Below, in pieces: positions 38,004 to 48,063 of a stretch of DNA of 64,000 bases (within the stretch, counting starts at the first letter, position 1; every line of letters starts with the position of its first letter). Below the pieces are notes generated by a model. The model was not told the origin of the DNA. It worked only from the letters and a program-made list of their open reading frames with translations, and made no database searches. Both the position numbers and the translations under genes were made by a program. This DNA is from an uncultured Acidobacteriota bacterium (GTDB lineage Bacteria > Acidobacteriota > Thermoanaerobaculia > UBA5066 > Gp7-AA6), in contig CAWAKL010000009.1 of assembly GCA_963782585.1 (NCBI GenBank), forward strand, positions 9,533-73,532, in the 5' to 3' direction.

Positions 38004-38648
38004 CTAGTACCCCTTGAGCAGCGTGCTCTCCGTCCGCTTGTAGACGCGGTCGGAGCCGTCCCGGCTCTTGATGACGAGCTGGCTGTTCTCGATCCGGAAG
38101 GGATAGGTCCCGGGAGGCTGGCCGAAGATCGCGACGGTGAGCTTGTCACCCTCGACCTTGTAGGTTCCGCGGAGAGTGACGGCCGGCATTCGGACGAAGA
38201 GCTTTCCGTCGGGCGTGAACTGACGGTACTGCGTCAGCAGCTCCATGAAGACGGAGCACCATTCCCCGACGAGAGGCGAACCCTTCCGCGGCGCCGGTGG
38301 GCCGATCCGTTCGGAGGAGCCCTGCTCGGCGCCGTCCTCGCCTTTCTCGGCGAATTTGTCGGGACCTTCGAACTCGACCTTGAGCGCGGACTCGCGCACC
38401 TCTCCGGTCGCTTCGTCGGTGTAGAAAGTCCGCAGCCATTCGCCTTCGACCTCGTAGGTCGTGTCGCCCATCGCCGCCGAGATCTGCGTGACCCGGCCGT
38501 CCGGATGAAACTCGAGGATGTTCCCGACGCCACCCTTGTTGCGCACGGCCGACTCCCACTGGCCGAGGATCGCCGCCGGCGGCGGCGCGGGCGCCGGAGC
38601 AGTCTGCACCAGCGCGGAGAGAACGATCGCGAGATGGAACGAGGTCAT
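38004..38648 (-). CDS. Secreted hypothetical protein (lipocalin-like size, no family recognised)
   Basis: 214 aa. Signal peptide MTSFHLAIVLSALVQTAPAPA, then balanced composition (ILGQWESAVRNKGGVGNILEFHPDGRVTQISAAMGDTTYEVEGEWLRTFY...). Confidence 0.7.
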   Translation of the reverse strand: MTSFHLAIVLSALVQTAPAPAPPPAAILGQWESAVRNKGGVGNILEFHPDGRVTQISAAMGDTTYEVEGEWLRTFYTDEATGEVRESALKVEFEGPDKFAEKGEDGAEQGSSERIGPPAPRKGSPLVGEWCSVFMELLTQYRQFTPDGKLFVRMPAVTLRGTYKVEGDKLTVAIFGQPPGTYPFRIENSQLVIKSRDGSDRVYKRTESTLLKGY

Positions 38649-38870
38649 TACCGAAATCCTCCGTTTCGCGCTTCGGGACGCCCGAACATACCCGAGCCTT
38701 TCGCCAATGTCATCGTGGGCCCTGTGCGCCTGACAACCGACGTCAGGTGACAGGGGTCACCGCCCGCAACGCCTTCCGCCGCCTACTGTTGGCTTCGCCC
38801 GCCGGCTGGCCCGCTCCTTGCGGATTCGCCGAGTCAGACCAACGACCTGTTTCCGGCGGAAGGAGACGCG

Positions 38871-40730
38871 ATGCAGCGAAGAACAATACGTGCGGCGATT
38901 CTCGGGATCGCCGCCGCAGCCACCGCCTTCACGGCGGCCGCGGCGACGGTCTCGAGCCCGTACCGGCCCACGTCCTCCCCGATCTCCGCGGCGAGGCTGG
39001 CGGCTCCCGGCCAGGAGGCCCTGGACCTGGACCGCTCGGCGCTCGCCGCTCTGCGCTCGGCCGAGGGCGAGATCCGCATCCCGGGGTTCCCCGTGGCGCC
39101 CGGAGCGCTCGAGACGCTCGCCGTGAAGCGCTTCGAGGTCGCGACCCCGGACGCGCGCGTCACCGTCTCCGGGCCGGACGGCGAGAAGTCGCTGCCCTTC
39201 CCGTCGATCGCCCACTTCTCCGGCACGATCGAGGGCGAGCCCGGCTCCTCGGTCTACCTCTCGGCCCAGCGCGAAGTTCTCTACGCGTACGTCCGCCGCT
39301 CGGGCGGAGCCACGGTCTACGTCGGTCCGGCGGCGTCGCGTAAGGCCGGAGACTACGTCGCGCGCAGCGACGACTCTCCCGCCAACGAGCTGCCCCTCGA
39401 GCCGTGGGCATGCGCCACTGAGGAGCTGCCGGCTGCGCTCACGGACATGGCGGAGCCCTCCTTCCCCGCGCCGCAGGCGCCCCTCGAGGGACTCCAGCAG
39501 GCGGCCGTGCGGGTCGACACCGACTACGAGATGTATCTGAAGCACGACAACGACGCCGAAGAGGTCGCCGCCTGGGTCGCGACTCTCTACGGCGCCATCA
39601 ACATCGTCTACGAGCGCGACCTCGACCTTCATCTCTCGCTGGCGGAAGTCCACGTCTGGACCGGATCCGGGGACCCTTACGTTTCGACGAACACGCGCAC
39701 GCAGCTCGACGAGGTCGGCGACTGGTGGCACACCAATCGGCCGATGGGCACCTATCCGCGCGCGATCGTGCACTATCTGTCCGGCAAGGGCCCATCGGGC
39801 GGCATCGCGTGGCTCTCGGTCCTCTGTCAGGGAGACTTCAACTCCGGCGGGCACTGGGGCGGCGCTTACGGCGTGACGCAGGTCAACGGCACCTATCCGC
39901 TGGGCAACTGGGACCAGTTCGCGACCGCCCACGAGACCGGCCACAACGCGGGATCGCACCACACGCACTGCTACGTGCCGGCGATCGACCATTGCTACAA
40001 CGGCGAAGGGGGCTGCTACTCGGGGACCGTCCAGAACCCCGGCGCGGGCAACGGCACGATCATGAGCTACTGCCACCTGCTCGGCTGGAGCTACGTCTCG
40101 TTCGAGTTCCACCAGCGCTGCATCGACGAGCAGCTCATGCCGGAGATCAACTCCGCTGCCTGTCTCACGGAGGCCTCGACCTTCCTCGACGTACCACCCT
40201 CGCACCAGTTTTACGAGTTCGTCGAGACGCTGGCCGCGAACGGCGTGACCGGCGGCTGCGCTCCCAACTACTACTGCCCGAACAACCCCGTCACGCGCGC
40301 GCAGATGGCCGTCTTTCTCCTGAAGGCGAAGTACGGAGCCGCGCACGTGCCGCCGGCCGCGACCGGGACGGTCTTCGGGGACGTGTCGGCCGGCGCCTTC
40401 GCCGCGGCCTGGATCGAGGAGCTCGCGAGTCTCGGCGTCACGAGCGGCTGCGGCGGCGGAAACTACTGCCCGAACCAGACCGTCACGCGGAAGCAGATGT
40501 CGACGTTTCTCCTAAAGACGAAGTTCGGCGCTGCCCACGTGCCTCCGGCGCCGGCCGGCATCTTCGCGGACGTCTCCATGCAGGATCCATTCGCGAGCTG
40601 GATCGAGGAGCTCTACGCCGACGAGATCACCGGAGGCTGCCAGCCGAACCCGCTCCGCTACTGCCCGAACGACCCGAACACGCGGGGGCAGATGGCGGTG
40701 TTTCTGGTCAAGGCGTTCGATCTCCAGTAA
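38871..40730 (+). CDS. Secreted reprolysin/ADAM-like (M12B-type) zinc metalloprotease with three C-terminal Cys-rich SLH-like modules
   Basis: 619 aa. ATG is preceded by GGAAGGAG. Signal peptide present. Zinc motif FATAHETGHNAGSHHTH followed by GTIMSYC. Modules occupy 40182-40727. Confidence 0.85.
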   Translation: MQRRTIRAAILGIAAAATAFTAAAATVSSPYRPTSSPISAARLAAPGQEALDLDRSALAALRSAEGEIRIPGFPVAPGALETLAVKRFEVATPDARVTVSGPDGEKSLPFPSIAHFSGTIEGEPGSSVYLSAQREVLYAYVRRSGGATVYVGPAASRKAGDYVARSDDSPANELPLEPWACATEELPAALTDMAEPSFPAPQAPLEGLQQAAVRVDTDYEMYLKHDNDAEEVAAWVATLYGAINIVYERDLDLHLSLAEVHVWTGSGDPYVSTNTRTQLDEVGDWWHTNRPMGTYPRAIVHYLSGKGPSGGIAWLSVLCQGDFNSGGHWGGAYGVTQVNGTYPLGNWDQFATAHETGHNAGSHHTHCYVPAIDHCYNGEGGCYSGTVQNPGAGNGTIMSYCHLLGWSYVSFEFHQRCIDEQLMPEINSAACLTEASTFLDVPPSHQFYEFVETLAANGVTGGCAPNYYCPNNPVTRAQMAVFLLKAKYGAAHVPPAATGTVFGDVSAGAFAAAWIEELASLGVTSGCGGGNYCPNQTVTRKQMSTFLLKTKFGAAHVPPAPAGIFADVSMQDPFASWIEELYADEITGGCQPNPLRYCPNDPNTRGQMAVFLVKAFDLQ

Positions 40731-40765
40731 GCGCAGCGTCCGATCTAGCTCCATTCGAGTTACCG

Positions 40766-40802
40766 CCGAGTCAGACGCCGGCTTTGCCGGCGTCAAGCTC
40801 GG
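40766..40802 (+). other. Long GC hairpin 36 nt after the protease stop
   Basis: ccgag-tca-gacgccggc-ttt-gccggcgtc-aag-ctcgg. No U-tract follows it. Confidence 0.5.
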
Positions 40803-40880
40803 CGTTGCCTACTGCCGGGGGTCTGCCTTTGGTGGTCGGCTCGATCTGCAATAGACCTCTCCCCCAAATTGCTTCCCCAA

Positions 40881-40907
40881 ACGCCGGCTCACGCCGGCGT
40901 TTTTTTT
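40881..40907 (+). terminator. Canonical intrinsic terminator (7-bp stem plus T8)
   Basis: acgccgg-ctcacg-ccggcgt is followed by tttttttt. It lies 53 nt upstream of the next start codon. Confidence 0.65.
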
Positions 40908-40959
40908 CTTGCGGCTCCACCCGGGCCGCGTAGAGAATCCCCGTCCAACCGGAGGACAC

Positions 40960-42807
40960 ATGAGCTCGAGGTTCGCGGCGACCATCGTGGTCGCATGGCT
41001 GGCGGGGTGCGCGGTCGCCGGAGCCGGGGTGCCCAACCTGGTGAGCCCCGTCCGATCATCCATGTTGAAGCGCGCCACTCCCGGGGAAGAATCCGTCGCT
41101 CTCGATCGCGGAAGCCTCGCGTCGCTGCGCCGCCAGGGAAACGAACCCTTCCGCATGTCGGGTTTTCCGACGGGCCCCGGCGTGCGCTCCGATCTCGTCC
41201 TCCGCCGGTTCGACATCGTTTCGCCGGGCGCGCGCATCCGCGTGACCGGAGCAAACGGCGACACCTTCCGGCCGATGCCCGAGGTCGTGCACTTCGAAGG
41301 AACCGTCGCGGGCGAACCCGACTCGCGGGTCTACGTCGCCGTCCTGCCGGACGGTCTCGTGTCCTGGCTTCGCTCCTCCGCGGGAGCGACCTACGTGGGT
41401 CCCGACGAGTCGCGCCGGGGCTACGTGGTGCGCGATGCGTCGCTCGCGACGCGGCCGTCGGACTGGAGCTGTTTCGCCGACGAGCTCGCTCCGGCGCCGC
41501 AGCCCTCCGTGGTTTCAAAGTCGGGTGCGGGGCCCGCCACACCGCAGATCACGGGCTTCCAGAAGGCGAGTCTCATCCTCGAGACCGACCAGGAGCTGCT
41601 CGCCGACTTCTCAGGCGACGCCGACGCGATGTCCGCGTACCTGCTGACGCTCTCGGCCCAGTTCAACCTGATCTACGAGCGCGACCTCTCGTTCCACTTC
41701 ACCGTCACGGAGATCCACGTCTGGACGACGACCGATCCCTGGGACGGGCCGACCACCAACGAGCAACTCCTGCAGATCGGCGACTGGTACCACGCCAATC
41801 GGCCGCTCGACACGTTTCCGCGAGCCGCGGCGTTTCTCATGTCGGGCCGCCCGGTGGCGGGTGGCGTCGCCTATCTGCCGGCCGTCTGCCTCGACGACTT
41901 CCCGGTCGACGGCGGCCACTGGGGCGGTTCGTACGGCGTGACCCAGCTCTACACGGACTGGCCCGCGCAGCAGTGGGACCTCTTCTCGCTGCTCCACGAG
42001 GTCGGGCACATCTGCGGCAGCGCGCACACCCATTGCTACGTCCCGCCCATCGACATGTGCTGGTCCGGCGAGCCCGGCTGCTACAGCGGGCCGGTCTCCG
42101 TGCCGCCCGGTGGAGGCACGATCATGAGCTACTGCTATCTGCAGCCCGGCGGAGACGCGAACGTCAACCTCGTCTTCCATCCGCGGTGCATCAACGAGCA
42201 GCTGCTGCCCTACATCCAGGCGGCGACGTGCACGACCGCGGTCGCAACCTTCCCCGACGTGCCGGTCTCGAACCCGTTCTTCCACTACGTCCAGACGATC
42301 TTCCAGCTCGGCATCACCAGCGGCTGCGCCGGCGGCAACTACTGCCCCGCAAGTCCCGTCACGCGCGCGCAGATGGCGGTGTTTCTGCTGAAGGCGAAGG
42401 AAGGCGCGGCCTACGTTCCGCCCGCGTGCCCCGGCGGGTTCAACGACGTCCCCTGCGAGAACAACCCGTTCGCCCCGTGGATCTACGAGCTGGCGGCGCG
42501 CGGGATCACGAGCGGCTGCGGCAGCGGCAACTACTGTCCGGACAATCCCGTCAATCGCCGGCAGATGGCGCCGTTTCTCCTGAAGACCCTCTATGGGTCT
42601 TCGCACGTCCCGACGACGTGCACGGGCGTCTTCTCCGACGTGCCCTGCGCCGCCGGCGTCGGGTTCGACGATTTCATCGAGGAGCTCTACTCGCTCGGGA
42701 TCACCGGAGGCTGCGCCACGGCTCCGCTGCGCTACTGTCCCGAGAACCCGAACACGCGCGCGCAGATGGCGGTGTTCCTGGTCAAGACGTTTGGCCTAGT
42801 CTGGTAG
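40960..42807 (+). CDS. Paralogous secreted reprolysin-like zinc metalloprotease with three C-terminal Cys-rich SLH-like modules
   Basis: ATG at 40960 follows GGAGGA. MSSRFAATIVVAWLAGCAVAGAG..., zinc motif FSLLHEVGHICGSAHTH followed by GTIMSYC. Collinear with 38871..40730. Modules occupy 42250-42804. Confidence 0.85.
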   Translation: MSSRFAATIVVAWLAGCAVAGAGVPNLVSPVRSSMLKRATPGEESVALDRGSLASLRRQGNEPFRMSGFPTGPGVRSDLVLRRFDIVSPGARIRVTGANGDTFRPMPEVVHFEGTVAGEPDSRVYVAVLPDGLVSWLRSSAGATYVGPDESRRGYVVRDASLATRPSDWSCFADELAPAPQPSVVSKSGAGPATPQITGFQKASLILETDQELLADFSGDADAMSAYLLTLSAQFNLIYERDLSFHFTVTEIHVWTTTDPWDGPTTNEQLLQIGDWYHANRPLDTFPRAAAFLMSGRPVAGGVAYLPAVCLDDFPVDGGHWGGSYGVTQLYTDWPAQQWDLFSLLHEVGHICGSAHTHCYVPPIDMCWSGEPGCYSGPVSVPPGGGTIMSYCYLQPGGDANVNLVFHPRCINEQLLPYIQAATCTTAVATFPDVPVSNPFFHYVQTIFQLGITSGCAGGNYCPASPVTRAQMAVFLLKAKEGAAYVPPACPGGFNDVPCENNPFAPWIYELAARGITSGCGSGNYCPDNPVNRRQMAPFLLKTLYGSSHVPTTCTGVFSDVPCAAGVGFDDFIEELYSLGITGGCATAPLRYCPENPNTRAQMAVFLVKTFGLVW

Positions 42808-42817
42808 GGGGAGCGGG

Positions 42818-44302
42818 CTACTTCAGGTAGCCGAGGGCGCGGAGCTCCTTGACCACTTCGCTCTCCTCGGTGAGGCCGTAGTGGCCCATGACCTGCTTCA
42901 TCCAGGTCTCGTAGGACGGCGCGGCGCCGCCGGCGGCCACCTGCCCGGCCTGGCCGCCGAGGTGCTTCATCAGGACGTGGTACAGCGTCCGCACCGAGTC
43001 GCGGCCGCTGTCTTCCATGGCGAGGTTCTTCTTCTCTCCGGGATCGCTCGCGAGGTCGAAGAGCATCCGGTCCTGGGGTGTGACGAGGATGAACTTGCGA
43101 TCGCCCGAGAGAACGCTGCCGATCCAGAACGTCCAGGCGCCCTCGGAGAAGGCCGGGGGCGGCGAGACTTTGCCCGAAGCGGCCGGACTCGGCTTCCCGG
43201 CGAGCGCCCAGGCGAGGCTGCGGCCGCTCCAGCCCGCCGGCCGCTCCACGCCGACCATGTCCAGAAGCGTCGGCGCGATGTCGAGGTTCTGAACGAGCTC
43301 GGCCACGGCCCTTCCGGCCACCGGAGTCTTCGGCGCCGCGATCAGAAGCGGCGTGCGGATGACGCCGTCGTAGTACGTCTGGCCGTGGCTGATGACGCCG
43401 TGCTCGTCGAACTCCTCGCCGTGGTCCGCGTTGAAGACGAGGATCGTCTTCTCCGAAAGCCCCGTCTTCTGCAGGAGATCGAAGAGCGGGGCGAGGTCCG
43501 CGTCGGCCCAGTGGAGCCCCTCGTCGTAGAGGGCCATCGCGTTCGCCATGTCCTCGGCCGACGGACGGAGCTTTCCCTCACGCACGCCGTGGATCGCGTC
43601 GAGCGTGAAGTCGAAGTCGCTCGCGTAGCGGCCGTAGAGGTACTTCCGCTCGTGGGCGTGCAGGAACGGATAGTGCGTGTCGGTGGTGTAGAGGAACGCG
43701 AAGAACTTCCGGTCGCGGTTCTCTTCGATGAAGCGGAGGACCTCGGGCATCTTCTCCTTCAGGGTCTCCTGGCGGTGCCGGAAGAGATCCCACCCCTGGT
43801 CGAAACCGAGAGGCTTCGAGATCCAGCTCTGCACGAACGCGGCCGTCCGGTAGCCCGCGCCGCGCAGTGTTTCGGAGATCAGCGCGTCGTTTTCGGACGG
43901 GCCGGGCGCGATGCCGAGGATCTTCGCCCGGTCCTTCTCGTCGCGCTGCTCCTGGACGGCGAGCTCGGCGACGTAGCGGGAGGTCAGCATCGAGGCGTAG
44001 GAAGGCAGCGTGTAGGGCGCCTGCGCGATGCAGCGCGAGAATCGCACGCCGCGCTTCGCCACGCCGTCGAGCAGCGGCGTCGTATTCCGCGAGTAGCCTT
44101 CGAAGGAGCAATGGTCGGCGCGCACGGAGTCGAACGAGATCCAGATCACGTTCATGCCGCGCCAGGCGTCGGCGGGATCCCGGCGGCAGGCCATCGACAT
44201 CGCCGCGACGGGAAGCACGAGCAGAAACGCGGCGGCGAGACGCGCGAAGCGGCGGATCATCGCGCGGAGCATAGCGGGTAAACTGCCGCGAATGAGGCGC
44301 AC
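42818..44302 (-). CDS. Alkaline-phosphatase-superfamily (sulfatase-like) hydrolase or transferase, membrane-anchored or secreted
   Basis: 494 aa. VIWISFDSVRADHCSF and APYTLPSYASMLTS (Thr at the nucleophile position), then FNADHGEEF. The start could be one of the internal Met codons (44272 or 44260). Confidence 0.8.
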   Translation of the reverse strand: MRLIRGSLPAMLRAMIRRFARLAAAFLLVLPVAAMSMACRRDPADAWRGMNVIWISFDSVRADHCSFEGYSRNTTPLLDGVAKRGVRFSRCIAQAPYTLPSYASMLTSRYVAELAVQEQRDEKDRAKILGIAPGPSENDALISETLRGAGYRTAAFVQSWISKPLGFDQGWDLFRHRQETLKEKMPEVLRFIEENRDRKFFAFLYTTDTHYPFLHAHERKYLYGRYASDFDFTLDAIHGVREGKLRPSAEDMANAMALYDEGLHWADADLAPLFDLLQKTGLSEKTILVFNADHGEEFDEHGVISHGQTYYDGVIRTPLLIAAPKTPVAGRAVAELVQNLDIAPTLLDMVGVERPAGWSGRSLAWALAGKPSPAASGKVSPPPAFSEGAWTFWIGSVLSGDRKFILVTPQDRMLFDLASDPGEKKNLAMEDSGRDSVRTLYHVLMKHLGGQAGQVAAGGAAPSYETWMKQVMGHYGLTEESEVVKELRALGYLK

Positions 44303-47300
44303 CGTCGTTCTCGCCGGCTACTACGGCTTCGGGAACACGGGCGACGAAGCGATCCTCACCTCGATTCTGGCGGGCCTGCGGCGGCGGGTGCCGGGCACCG
44401 TCTTCGTCGTCGTCTCGGGCGATCCCGAAGCGACGCGGCGGCAGCACGGCGTGGAGGCGATCGACTGGCGGGATCTTCCGGCGCTCTCCGAGAGCGTCAC
44501 GAAGAGCGACGCCGTTCTTGTCGGAGGCGGCGGCCTCTTCCAGGACTACTGGGGCCTCGACGTCAAAACGCTCCTGACCCCGCGGCACGGAGAAATCGCC
44601 TTCTACGCCGGGCCCGTCGTCCTCGCGGCCCTCGCGCGCAAACCGGCGCTGCTCTACGGGCTCGGCTTCGGTCCCCTGTCCTCGCCGGAGGCCCGCCGGT
44701 ACGCCCGGGCCGTCGCGGACGCCGCCGTGCACGTTTCGGTCCGCGACGAGGCCTCGCGGGAGCTCCTCCTCGCGACGGGCGTGCCCGAAGCGCGCGTCCA
44801 CCTGAGTGCGGATCCGGCCTTCGCCCTCGAGACGGCCGAGAACGTCCCGACACCCGCGGATCTCTGCCGGTCCGCCGGAGTCGAGCCCCGCTCGCCGATT
44901 CTGGGCGTGGCGCTGCGCCCCTGGTCGATCGGTGTGGAGCAGGAGGCATGGGAGAAAGAAATCGTCTCGGCGCTCGACGGTTTTCTCGAGCGCACCAACG
45001 GCACGCTTCTCTTTTCGCCGTTCGAGAAGAGTCCCTGGACGGAGAAAGACGACTTCGAGCAGGCCTCGCGGCTGGCCGCGGCGCTCTCCCGCCCCGGACG
45101 CGCCGCCGTCGCGGGCTTCCGGCAGGACCGTCCGCCCCGCGAGACGGCGGCTCTTCTCGCGGGCTGCGATCTCGTTCTCGGGATGCGGCTCCACTCGCTC
45201 GTTTTCGCAGCCGTGGGAGGCGTTCCCGCGGTGGGCCTCGCCTACGACCCGAAGGTCACCGCTCTGCTCGCGCGCCTGGGCGGGCCGGCCGCGCTTCCCC
45301 TCGCGAAGGCGACGTCGCGAGGCGTTCTCGACGCGCTGATCCACTCGCTCGCGCAACGGACCGCGATCTCCGCGCGCCTCCGAACGGCCGCGGCGGAGCA
45401 GAAGGCCCTCGCGGAAGACGACCTCGACCGCGCCGCCCGCCTCATCGCGGAGCCTCCAGCCGCGCCGGAGGTCAGCCGCGCGGTCCTGAGCCTCTTCGAC
45501 GACGCGCTCGAGGCCAACCGCGGCCGAGCGAGCGAGATCGAGGCGAGCCTCGCCGCCGCGAAGGGCGGACTCGAGGCGCTCGAACGCGCGCACGCTCGCG
45601 AGAAAGCCCTGCTCGAGGAGCGCCTGGGAGAAACGCGACAGGAGCTGGCCCGGCTTCAGGGCTCCCGGCTCTGGCGCCTCGCCAACCTCTACGGGCGCCT
45701 CCGACGGTCGGCCGCCGGATTCGCGCGGCGGGTTCTGGGCCGTCCCGCCTCCGACTGGGCGGGCCCGGATGCCGGAGCCGACGCGGCGCGTCGCGCGACG
45801 CCGATGCGCGACGAGAGCCGATACGACGTCGTGTGGCTGGGGCGCGGTTCTGAAGCCTCGCTCCCCGAGCGCTCGCGGGCCATCCTCGACGCTTACCGGA
45901 AGGCCGGGGATCGCGTCTTTCCGATACCTCCGCGAAAATGCCGGCGGCCTCGACGCGCTTCGGCGAACGGAGACGCTCGCGGCGACGGCGGTCTTCGTCG
46001 AGGACCCGTCCGGACGTCCGCACGCGAAGCGCCTGCGCCAGTCCCGCGGCTGGCTCCTCGTGGACGCGACCGGCGAGGCCGACCACTCGGCCGAGCCGCC
46101 GGACGTCGTCCTCGATCCCGCGGCCTCGCCCGAGGACGTCCTCCACGCGATCCCGGGCTTCTTCCCGAAGGTCTCGATCGTCGTCGTGACCCGCGACAAC
46201 CGGGACTTGAACCGACTGTGTCTCGAGAGCCTGCGCGCGCGGACCGAGTGGCCCAACTTCGAGGTTCTCGTGGTCGACAACGGCTCGACCGACGGAACCG
46301 TGGAGCTCCTCCGCGAGATCGCGCGGAGCTGGCCGCGGCTCTCCGTGATCGAAAACGCGGAGAACCGCGGGTTCGCGGCGGCCGTCAACCAGGGTTTCGC
46401 CGCGGCCACTCCGGACGCGGTCTTCTTCGTCACGCTCAACAACGACACGGTCGTGACACGGGGCTGGCTCACGACGCTTCTCGCGCACCTGCGCGCCGAT
46501 CCGAAGCTCGGGCTCGTCGGTCCGGTCACGAACGCGATCTCGAACGAGGCCCAGGTGGACATCGGCTACGGCGACCTCGCGGAGCTGCCGGCGCGCGCGG
46601 CGCAGTGGGCAAGCGCCCACGACGGCGAGAGCTTCGCGATCCCGATGCTCGCGTTCTTCTGCGCGGCGCTCCGCCGGCAGACCTGGGAGGCGGTCGGTCC
46701 GCTCGACGAGCGCTTCGGCGTCGGCATGTTCGAGGACGACGACTGGTGCCGCCGCGCCCGGGCCCAGGGCTGGGAGATCCGGTGCGCGCGCGATGCCTTC
46801 GTGCATCACTGGCAGAAAGCGACGTTCCGCAAGCTCGGAGAGAAGACGTACCGCGCGCTCTACGAGGAGAACCGGCGCAAGTACGAGGAGAAGTGGGGCG
46901 GGGATGCGACGACCGCCGCGGCCGCGTCGCAGGGCGCCCCGCGCGCCGATCTCGGAAAGTACCGCAGCCAGCTCGCCACGCTGCTCGAGTCGCGAGGCGG
47001 AAGCGCCGACGGGAAAACCGTCGTTTTCCTGCCGTCGATCGGCTGGGGCATCCATCTCTTCCAGCGGCCGCACCACCTCGCACGGGCGTTCGCGCGGGCC
47101 GGGTGGCTCTCCATCTTCGACTGCTCGAACGCTCAGGACCGGGTCGACGGCTTCAAGGAGATCGAGCCCAATCTCTTCCTCTATCGCGGTCCCGCCGGAG
47201 TTCTCGAGCGCCTCCCGGGGCCGATCCTCTGGAGCTTCCCGTACAACTTTCACCAGACCCGGGCGTTCCCCTCCGACGCGCGAGTCGTCTACGACTGGAT

Positions 47301-48063
47301 CGACGACCTCTCGGTCTTCCCCTACGAGCGGGCCCTGCTCGACGAGAACCACGCACGGGCGCTTTCCGACGCGACGGTCGTCGCCGCCGTGGCCCGCCGG
47401 CTGCACGAGGAGGCCCGGGCGCAGCGGCCGGACGCGTTGTATCTGCCCAACGGCGTCGAGTTCGAGCGTTTCTCCGCCGCCGCGGCGCCGGCCTCGACCG
47501 ATCGCGACGTCTCCCCGCTGCTCTCCGCCGGCCGGCCGATCGCCGGCTACTACGGGGCGCTCGCCGAGTGGTTCGACTACGAGCTCGTCGACGAAACCGC
47601 CCGCCTCCGCCCGGACTGGAGCTTTCTACTCATCGGGCCGATGTACGACCAGAGCCTCCAGGGACGCCCGATGCTGAAGCGCGAGAACGTCCGCTGGATC
47701 GGCCCGCGCGACTACCATCTGCTGCCCGGCTACCTCGCCCTCTTCGATGTCGCGACGATCCCGTTCCGGATCAACCCGATCACGACCGCGACTTCGCCTC
47801 TGAAGCTCTACGAGTACTTCGCCGGCGGGAAGCCCGTCGTCACCACCCCGATGCCCGAGTGCGCCGCCTTCCCCGAGGTGACGATCGCGCGAAACGCGCG
47901 GGAGCTCGCCGACGCTCTCGATCCGGCGAGGGCGAAGGGGCGCGACCCGGCCTTCCGCGAGCGGCTCCGCTCCCTCGGCCGCGAGAACTCCTGGGACGCT
48001 CGCGTGAAGGCGGTGCTCACGCAGCTCGAGCTCGCATCCGAGACGTCCGCGCCCGCTCGCTGA
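44292..48063 (+). CDS. Multidomain glycan-synthesis protein: CsaB-like polysaccharide pyruvyltransferase - coiled coil - GT2 - GT1/TuaH-like glycosyltransferase; one apparent frameshift near 45915-45925
   Basis: ATG at 44292. MRRTVVLAGYYGFGNTGDEAILTSIL...VGGGGLFQD...LYGLGFGPL...VSVRDEASRELL is CsaB-like. After ...AYRKAGDRVF the protein continues in the 45769..48063 frame. GT2 part: VSIVVVTRDN...VVDNGSTDGT...NRGFAAAVNQG...FEDDDWC. GT1-like part: IAGYYGAL...SPLKLYEYFAGGKPVVTTP. Confidence 0.75.

Noticed and set aside
43578-46562. Very long ORFs of up to ~1000-1300 aa, e.g. 43578..46562(-), 15988..18855(-), 7015..9576(+), 61632..63812(-), 47808..49940(-) and the out-of-frame parts of 44154..48134(+)
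   Set aside because: They are Arg/Pro/Gly/Ala-dominated with no motifs. They lie antisense or out of frame to ORFs with clear domain signatures. These are classic shadow ORFs in high-GC DNA where stop codons are rare.
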